DNA from: Podarcis tiliguerta
Lineage: Eukaryota
Assembly (NCBI GenBank): GCA_965153285.1
Contig: OZ229110.1
DNA: 64,000 bases
Reading direction: 5' to 3' (one strand)
In this document: one piece after another, positions 52,301 through 61,300 of the stretch
Numbering within the stretch: position 1 is the first letter of the stretch
Layout: each line of letters begins with the position of its first letter
The notes under the pieces: model-generated
Seen by the model: the letters and a program-made list of their open reading frames with translations, nothing else
What the model was told of the DNA's origin: nothing
Databases searched by the model: none
Translations under genes and position numbers: made by a program

Positions 52301-55300
52301 CAAGGAACAGAGGCGGTCAGAGCAAGCGAGAGACACCAAACTCTCCTCAGTTGTGAAGCTGTATAATGATGTGTTTGTTGCAGTGCCTGGACTTCATTCT
52401 TTCTTTCTTCTTTTCCTTAAAGAAACCTGCCAGAGGGAGGGGTCTCGTTCACTAAATGGGGTAAGCTCGCTCCACCTCATTTACTTAAGATTTGCAGATG
52501 TAAGCTTCGGAGACACTACATGTCCGCACAATCAAACCCCAACTAGGGAAAAGAGCCCACTTCTTTTATATAAGCAGCAATGAATGAATTCCCTCCTTCC
52601 TGTATCCACCCCACAAACACATCTGAATGATTTTTAATTTATTTTTTAAGGCACTGGTCCTGGGGAGATGTCCTTAAAAAGTTTCTAAAATTCATGGGGC
52701 TTTGGGGCTGCTTTTGAGTCCCTTGGCTAATCTGGATCTCTCCCTGATTAGTAACAGCTATGCCATTTTCTCAGCTGCAGAGAGCCTTGCTTTTCACACA
52801 GCTGAAAGAAAAGGGAAGTTTCTTTTCTTTTTCTTTAAAGGAGGGAAAGAACAGGAATGCACAGATTTTGGGCAGCGTTCTGAGATTGCCAAAACAGAAA
52901 CCCACTTGGGAGGAGAAAGAGGAGGGAGCCAGAATCCATGGCAACAGAAGCAACCACAATACAACATCCGGAACTAAGGAAAATCCATTGATGAAAGGAG
53001 CAGTGAGCTCAAGCAGCACCACACAAAACTCTTTAAAGTAAAGCAGCAGCATTTTGTGTGTGTGTAAAAACAGGGACAAGTGGTGCTAGGGCTGAACTAA
53101 CAGGTTCACGTCCAGAGGTTCAAGTCCAGAGACTGCACCACTGCACAGCTCACTGGCCCCCAAGCATTCCAAAAGACTCCCCCCAAGATAGGAAGTGAAT
53201 GGCTGCACAGACAGACAAGGCTCCAGCAGCCCACCATTTTGATTTTAACAATTGCTAAACCCAGGACAGTAGTGGCAGGGAGCCACCCCTTTGGGGGTGC
53301 AGGACCAATGAGAGCAGCAAGGTTAGTAGGCGAAGGGGACTTGGCTCATCCTCTTGCTACAGGGATGTTCTCATTGGCCCTATGACCATGAAGCTGGCCT
53401 CTGGCTGGAAAAGCTCACTGTCACTCTCACCCTGGGGTTAGTACTTTAAAAAAAAATGGTGGGCAGTTTAAGCCTTAGAGTAATTGCCTGGTGCAGAACC
53501 ACTTTCTAGCATGTGCTAGCCAACAACTTTGTCCTCATCTGCCTCCTACCTATCCAGCCACTCAGGGAGGGAGAAATGTACGGCTGCCACCAAGGCAACC
53601 ATGACAACAAAAAGTAAAAGAAGTCAAGGCAGAGCACCAGGGAGGGAGAAAGGTGGGAGTGCCCAGAGCCCCCCCCCCCCACCTCAAACCAGGTAGTGCC
53701 TCTAAGGGAGACAAATCCCTTTCTGCAAGGACTGTTACCCGTCTGGTTTTAAACCCAAAAATATTTCAGTGATTTTTTCAAGTTAAGCTTCAGCAGCTAA
53801 GTTTCAAGATCATCCTCATTTCAGTGAACTAATATATGCAAAGTGTGTATATTATCTCTTCCTGCAGCCTTGTCACTGGAGAGGCACAATATTTCTCCTA
53901 TAGAATCGCAGAAGTGGAAGGGATCCGGTGAGCAGCATCTGGATCTAGATCTATCAGGCCTCTGGGAGTGGAAGTGGGTGGTTCCAGTTATCACCACACT
54001 GTGTTGTCTTCCTTGAACTTCCTTGAATGTTTGAAGCTGGGGATAATGCATTTTCGGGGATAATACCCCCTTCTGTTCATACTCCCATCCTTTGGCATCA
54101 ACATGCAGGAGATGCATAGAAGTCGGCTTCCTTTCTAAAACCCTTAATCCCTATTGAATCATAGTTTCTTGCAGTTGCTGGCATAAGCCTGAAGGCCAAC
54201 ACAAGCCCTTTGCAACTTTTAAGTTTTATCCCGAACACAATGAGCACAACATACAAGCAAGATGCCAGCTGTCAGTACCAGGAGACCTTGAGGAAAGGCA
54301 CGAGTCTGTTCGCTGAGAAGCGAAAGGAGCATGGCACACAGAAAGGGGAAGGAGGGGAAGAGAGCAAAAAAGCAACAGCCTTGCTGGATGCTTGAGTGGG
54401 AAACTCATTGGGAAGCAGTGAGATACGGGCAAAGGTCAGTGCCAATTGCAATGTGGGCAAAACTCAGACTGATACTGCTAATGTGCGCAGAGAAAGAAGT
54501 CATTGCCCTCTGATTCAAGGCATTCCATATAACTCCCACACCCAGAGAATGGCTGCCATAGTTCCCTCTGTATTGCTGCTGCACGCACAATTCAAATGTC
54601 TCCTGCCCTAGGCTTCAAAACCTTTGCACCAAACTTTAGAAACCCTCCACTTCCTCTGGCCTTTTTATTATAAGCCTTATTTCCTTCTTCTCTTTAAAGC
54701 AGACAGAGGGAGGGGAGGAAGAAGGAGACCAGTGTTTTCAGAGCCAAGAGTGGTGACACCTTGGCTCAGGGTGACCAGGCTCCAAGGAATGGCTGAGGAG
54801 CAGGAAAAGCTGGGCACTAGCAACAGCGCCGCTCAACAAAATTATCTCTCTGGCACTCTCCTCCTCCTGTGCTATATTTACTAGCAAAACTCTAAGCTGA
54901 GAAGATACAGAGTGTCCCTTCCCTAGAGTGAGGCTACCATCTTCTGTAACCTGCAGCCAAGTTCTTCAGCCACATAGGGGAGGATTAGTTCCTTCCCAGC
55001 ATTAATGGAATCCAGCAACAAGCAAGTGTCATCATGAAACTTTGGATCAGAGGACAGCTTCAAGGTGACTCATCAAGATGGCACTGGAAAACCCTTCCTA
55101 CCGGAGCCAAGCTAGGCATGCCAGCACTGTTTACCTACCTGCACTGTTCACCTACAACTCTAGGGAGAAAGGATCTATTATTCATATGAAGTGGAGGGGA
55201 GGGCAGGGGAGCTGAAGCATCTCCCCTCTTCTGTGTCTCTGCCTCACAGTGTTTTCCCACTTGATGTACTACACTCAGGTCTGACACTAGAATTAAACTG

Positions 55301-58300
55301 GGCAGGTGGAAAATTACTGAAAGCAATGGACCCTAGCTCAGCAGTTAAAGGATGTGATTTGCATGTGGATGATTCCAGGTTCAATCTGAGGCATATCCAT
55401 TTTAAAAAGGATAAGGTTGGGAGTTATGGGAAAGGCTCCTTCAGTCCCTGGATAGCTGCTGCCACTCAGACTAGCCTTCCAGGTATTGTTGGACAACAGC
55501 TCCCATCAGCTCCAGCCAGCATGGCAAAGGTCAGGAATGACTGAGGTTGCAGTCCAACAACATCTGAGCAGCAGACACTCATATATGCATTTATAGACAT
55601 GTAAATGCAAGTAAATTCATAGCTTTGCTTTCTGAATGCATGGCAAGTTCTTTCTGCTGCTGCTTAATTAAGCATTCTGCACACTATTACACCCAATGGC
55701 CTGGGGAAAACCATACCTTACTTTCTTTTTACCATTCTACTGCAAAGAAAGCATAGTCGGTTGATGCACAATAGTACATAAGAAAAGCACTGCTACATTA
55801 GCCAAGGGTCCATCTAACTGATTGTTTGCAATAGGAGTCAGGCTGGTGCTTTTGGGAAGCCACCAGGTAGGACATGAAGGTAGCAGCTCTCCCCTACTCT
55901 TGGTCCCCTAACAACTGGTATTCAGCCATAGGCTGCCTCTAGACATTTCCAGGTAGTTGTACCATGGCTAATAACAATGACTGAGTGAATCTTATGTTAT
56001 ATTACTTGACTCTGCAAGGATTCAGACAGCATATTTTATTTTTCAATTTGTATCTTTCCTTTTGTGTGGGCAATACTTGTATCAAAACTTCCTCTGGCAT
56101 TTTGGAGGAGATGCCAAAGGAATATTCCAACAGCAACTCCTCCACTCTCAAACTGAAAGATTATTCACAAGAAATGAGAACACAGAGGTTTAATTCACAA
56201 GCCCACTCTTGTGCACATAGGAAACATTCTTTCATTAAAATAGTTTAGAGTCTGGTTTCTTATTAATAGATTAACATCCAGAGGAACTTTATAGCCTAAG
56301 TTCAGAGATAGCAATCTTGGCCTGGTAAACCATTGTTTATTGGCTTGAGAATGAGCTGCGTGGCCTCACACTCCACAGTTTCCCGTGATATCTTCAGTTT
56401 AACATCTGCAGACAAAACTGGTTCTGATGTCACAGAAAAGTGACAAGCCAGGGTAGAAGCACTGAAGTTGGGTGCATGAGGACAGAAGAAGGGAGGAGAG
56501 AAGGGAGTGTAAGAACACACAGCTTGCTCTCAATGCAATAAACCATGGTTTATCAGAATGGACTTGTGGAATGTCATCTGGGCCTATTACAAGGACAGCC
56601 CAGAGCATGTCTCTAGGAACTCCCCAACAATATTAGTAAGTTCTCTCATTTAAACTAAAGAAATAAATACCTCTTTCAACTTTACGTTCCTGTAGGAACA
56701 TTATATAAAGCAAGTGAGCATGAGATCCCATGCAACCCCAAAGCAGTGAATGTGTGCACAGGAGTCCATCCTTCTACGCTGCTCTCTTTTGAATGTGACA
56801 TTCCATTAGAATTTGGGCATTGTATGCATAGACCACAGGTCACCGTTTCAAGGGGGGACTATAAGCCAGAGTGACAGGATATCAAGCATACACCATGCTG
56901 CTGCATTAATCCTGAAGCAGTGTGAGAGCTAGAGGCAATGTCTATGGGATATTTTCTTGGGGGCCAGGGTGGGGGGTGGCAAAAGGCAGTGACCAAGTCA
57001 ACTAAAGCACTGTGAAATTTAACAGGAGTACAAATTCCAAACCTGTAGGGAGAGAGGTGGGTGGATTCAGAAGAGCCAAGTATCCTGTATTGGGGCAAAT
57101 GAAACACATAGAATAATAAAAAAAAAACAGCATCTTCTGTTGGAATGGCAACCCATACTTTTTTTGCAGGGGTATAGAGATGTCACACATCTGCAATGAT
57201 TTCAGAAGTAGTCCTAAGGCCACTGTGGAAATGGCTGTTAACTCTGATATACTGAGGCTACCTGCACCAATGAAAGAGATCAGAAAACAAACAAAACAAG
57301 CACCCAGGAGCCCTTGCTGAATATGAGGTTCCGGTGAAAACTCGTCTCTCCTCTTCTGGCTCCAAGAGCTCATGTTCCATAAATACCAAACATGCAAGAG
57401 AGATGCTTTGGAACAACCACGTGTTTGAAATCCATCAAAAGGCTCCTTTCTCCAGAGCAACCTGCTGAGTAAGATTCCAAGAATTTACACACACACACTT
57501 CACCCCTTCTGCTAGCCATGCTAGAAGCCCCTCTCCTGGTTCCAGTCAATAGCGCCAGCCACAGCAGAAAGATCTGAAGTAAAACACCCCAGCGATGCCT
57601 GTACAACACACATAGCCCCTAAATAAACCTTGGTGTGCTGGCCAAGCACTACAGTGAGTGATCATCCCATTCCTGGATTCTGGCCTTCCTTTCTGCCCCA
57701 ACTTCCACCCATGCAAAAACCTCCCCTTGATGTTATGGAGACACCTGACATAGCACCAACAACAAAGCAGCGGTGAGTGTGGTGGCCACTGAGATAAACA
57801 AGCCCCCTCCCCCAATCCTTTTGCAAGTGACTTCTGGTTATACCACAGATGAGCACCACACGTAGCAAATGAATCCACACACTGCAAGGGAAAAGGAGGA
57901 GGAAGCACAACCAATGATTAAAAGATAAATAAATAAGGAGCTTTCGGAGTTAGAGCAAGGCTGTAGAGTCCAAACCTGACAGGCCCCAAAACCAGGTCAG
58001 ATCCTTCCCAGAATTCCTAACAGACACATTTTTTTATCCAATGGGAATGCACAGCTGTCACATGTGAGGAAAGGACCTGGCAGCATTGGAGGTAATCTCT
58101 AATGTGGGTGGGAAGCAGGAAATCATGTTTTCTTGCCTTTCCCCACACAAATTAGGAGACAACCTTACTCTGGCGCCATTTTGGTTTTTTCTGGTGCCAT
58201 TTTGGAATGGACTCTCAACAGCCACCCCAGCTCTCTGTCCTGGTGTCCATGCAACAGCAAGGGAAACAGCAACCATGCGGGAGATCCACGGCAGGGGAGG

Positions 58301-61300
58301 CTGAAGAGAAAGGAGGAGAAGCAGCAACAGAACAAACCAGAAAAGGAGAAGGATCGCTGTCGGTGAAGAGGAGGATGGGGGCTTTTCATGCTCTTCCGGA
58401 TGTCCCGGAGTTTGGCGTTGTATTCTGACAGGGGGAGACGGAGGTAGGGTGGGTAGGAATAGAGCAGCAGGAGAAGGTCAACCAAGGATGAAACAAAATC
58501 CATCACGGAGAGTGAGAAAGAGAGTGTGTAGTCAGAGGCAGAACAAACATCACAAACAGACAAAGGAGAAAGGGGAGGGAAAATACAAGAAAAAATATTA
58601 GTTGGAAATACACCCCAGGCTTGAATACAATGTGATCTGGGGTGAAGCTGGGTCAACATCAGAATACGAGATACCATTGAACCAAGTCAATTACCAGCCT
58701 CTTCATGAGATCTTGGGTGAATAAGGTTGACCTCAGGAGTATGTTTTGTGGGGTAATAAATCCCATGTAGTTCCCTGGTTTTCTTTGGATTCAAGAGGAG
58801 CTAGAAAATCATATGAGAATCATATCTACCCTGTATACTGTTTCTGGAATTCAGTTATCAGTCGGGAAACTGGAGGAAACATTCCTTCATCTAATGTGCA
58901 GAATCAGCAGGATAATGACTGTAGAAATTGAAATATTGCAAGAATGTGGGAGGCACCGGCAGAACCACTCCGGCCCTCCTACCGAGGCACCTGCACAGCA
59001 CCAGGGCACAGATGTAGCTGGCAGCCCTGGAACACCCCTGTCTTGCCGCTTGGACAGGGATTTCCAAGAGTGGGTAAACAAAACACACAAACGGTAATGA
59101 AACAACTTGTGGAGGCATCTCTGACTCAGCTGGCTCATGCTAATTGTTTCAGAGCTTCCATTTCAGGTTCCTGAGTCTCTGCGCCAGGCAGGATTTGCAG
59201 CAGTTGAGGGCGGTGGTGGTGATGGTGGTGAGCTTTCCCTGGGAAGGGTGTCCTAGAGGCCTTTTGCCTTAATCATTACAGGCTGCTCCCACCCTTCTGC
59301 ATAGGAAATCTGAGTTCTCATGATAGCGAGAACCAGGGAGGATGATGATCTGTGAAATTCCACACATACTCGCCTTGGAACAAACAGGCAATTTATAGTA
59401 GCATGCATTGTAAATAACATGCTGGCCCCTGAGCTCTCACTCTCTCAACCCCTCTCTCACAGCTTGTTCTAGCCAGTTCCATTCCCTCCCCTCCTCCTCA
59501 CTCTCTAGCACCGTCCAGATCTCTTGCTGCGCTCCATCTTCTGTGATCATGGGACACTTATTACTGTGAACCTAGAGTGCAGGCAGCAGCTATTCTTTCC
59601 CCAGGATCTCAGGACATAGTGTCCCTTGGGATTATACACTGGTCCATGTGCAGCTCAGGTAGAAGGTTGCCACAATATAACAACACTCGGAAAGGCTGCC
59701 ATGTCCCCCCAAATCAGGAACCAGGTGAGTTGGAAAACGCCACTGTAAGCAGGAAATTCTGCACCAGTTTCCTCCCATGGTTCTGATTCACATATGCCCA
59801 TCCACCATACCTTTTCTCTCCCTACCAGAGTGTTGCTATGTAGTAATGCAATGGGGTAAAAATCTAGTCCTCTTCCATCTGCATCAGCATCTCCACGTGA
59901 TGGAAGTGTGTGGGTGCATGCATGGCCATGGGGGAGGGAGGCAGCTCAATGCTGGTGTAAATGGCAAATACAGTGGCTTGCGAACTTCCCAGAAGCATTT
60001 GGATGACCACTGTGGAAAGCAGGATGCTGATCTAGCTGGGCCATTCATTGGTCTGACCCAGCAGGGCTCCGAGGTTCAACTCACACACTGCTGTGTGCTG
60101 TTATTGCTTTACCTCGGGTTGAGCCCAGCTGCCCCCTGCCTTTGCAATGCAAAGTAAAATGGACATTAAATCAAACACTGATTCATCAGTCTGCTTTGTG
60201 CTCCCCTCTACACTTCAAGTGGTCTTCCTGTTTTCTCGTATTACTTGTAAAGCACTAGGTGTAGATTTTAGAAACAAATAAGTAAAGGAGGAATCAATTT
60301 TGCACAATGCTGAAAAGCTAGTTTGGCGAGGATGGGAAACATGATGTCACCAGCTTCCAGAAAACCAGAGCTGTTAACAGTTAGCTTCTGCTATGGACAC
60401 AAAGAACTCATTTCCCCTGAGCCCAGTCTGGAAAAGAAAATTGTACATCTAAAGAAAATGCGGTGAGTGCATTTCTATAGCAGGTTTGCTCCTCACGCTA
60501 TGTGTACCTCTGTATACACCCTAAGATGCCACAGTGACTCAGCCTCCAGCTTGGTTTCCCATCCTCCAGCCCTCCTTATCCCAGAACCAAGCCATTTCCC
60601 TTTGGCCAAATGCTTTTAATGCCTGTGGTCCAGGAGCTGAACTGGACAGAGCCCAGCAGCTGAGCCTGGCATTGCAGGCTGGATTATGTCCAGGACATTT
60701 CTGAGGAGCTCTGCAATTAAAAACTTTTATGTGTAATTACAATCCCAGGAGCTGCCAGGGCTGAGGCTGCATACCGGATACAAGACATCACAAGAGTCCT
60801 TAAGCAACACTGTATGTTGCTTTTATCAAGAATCCCAAATGCCTCATTCCCAAAGACTGATCATTTTGCAAAGTCTGCCCCTCTCCCATCACTGCCCATA
60901 ATTCATGCTTGGGCAACCCGGTCTGCAGTGTGCCCTGTGGAGAATTAGTGAGGATGCCCAGGGGAATTACATGGAGGAAAGACTCCATTCTGGGACAACC
61001 AGTTAGAACCCATTAAAAAAGAGACTCAGCTGTACACATCAGAAGAGCCTGAAAGTTCCCAAGACAAAGACATTTGTGTATGTGCGCTCTTTATACTCAT
61101 ACACAGCATGAGATAGAATCTAGAATCTCAGCTTAAAAAGAAAAATATGTCTATGATTATTATGATTATTTTCAAATAACAAGCTTCTATCCCTCAGGGT
61201 CTTAGAGAAAGGTTTCCCCCCAAAAGCCAAGCAATGTCTGCTTGTAACAGATGTTACAAGGGAGCTCCACGATTGGAGCTGCTACTATCCTTTTTCTTTC

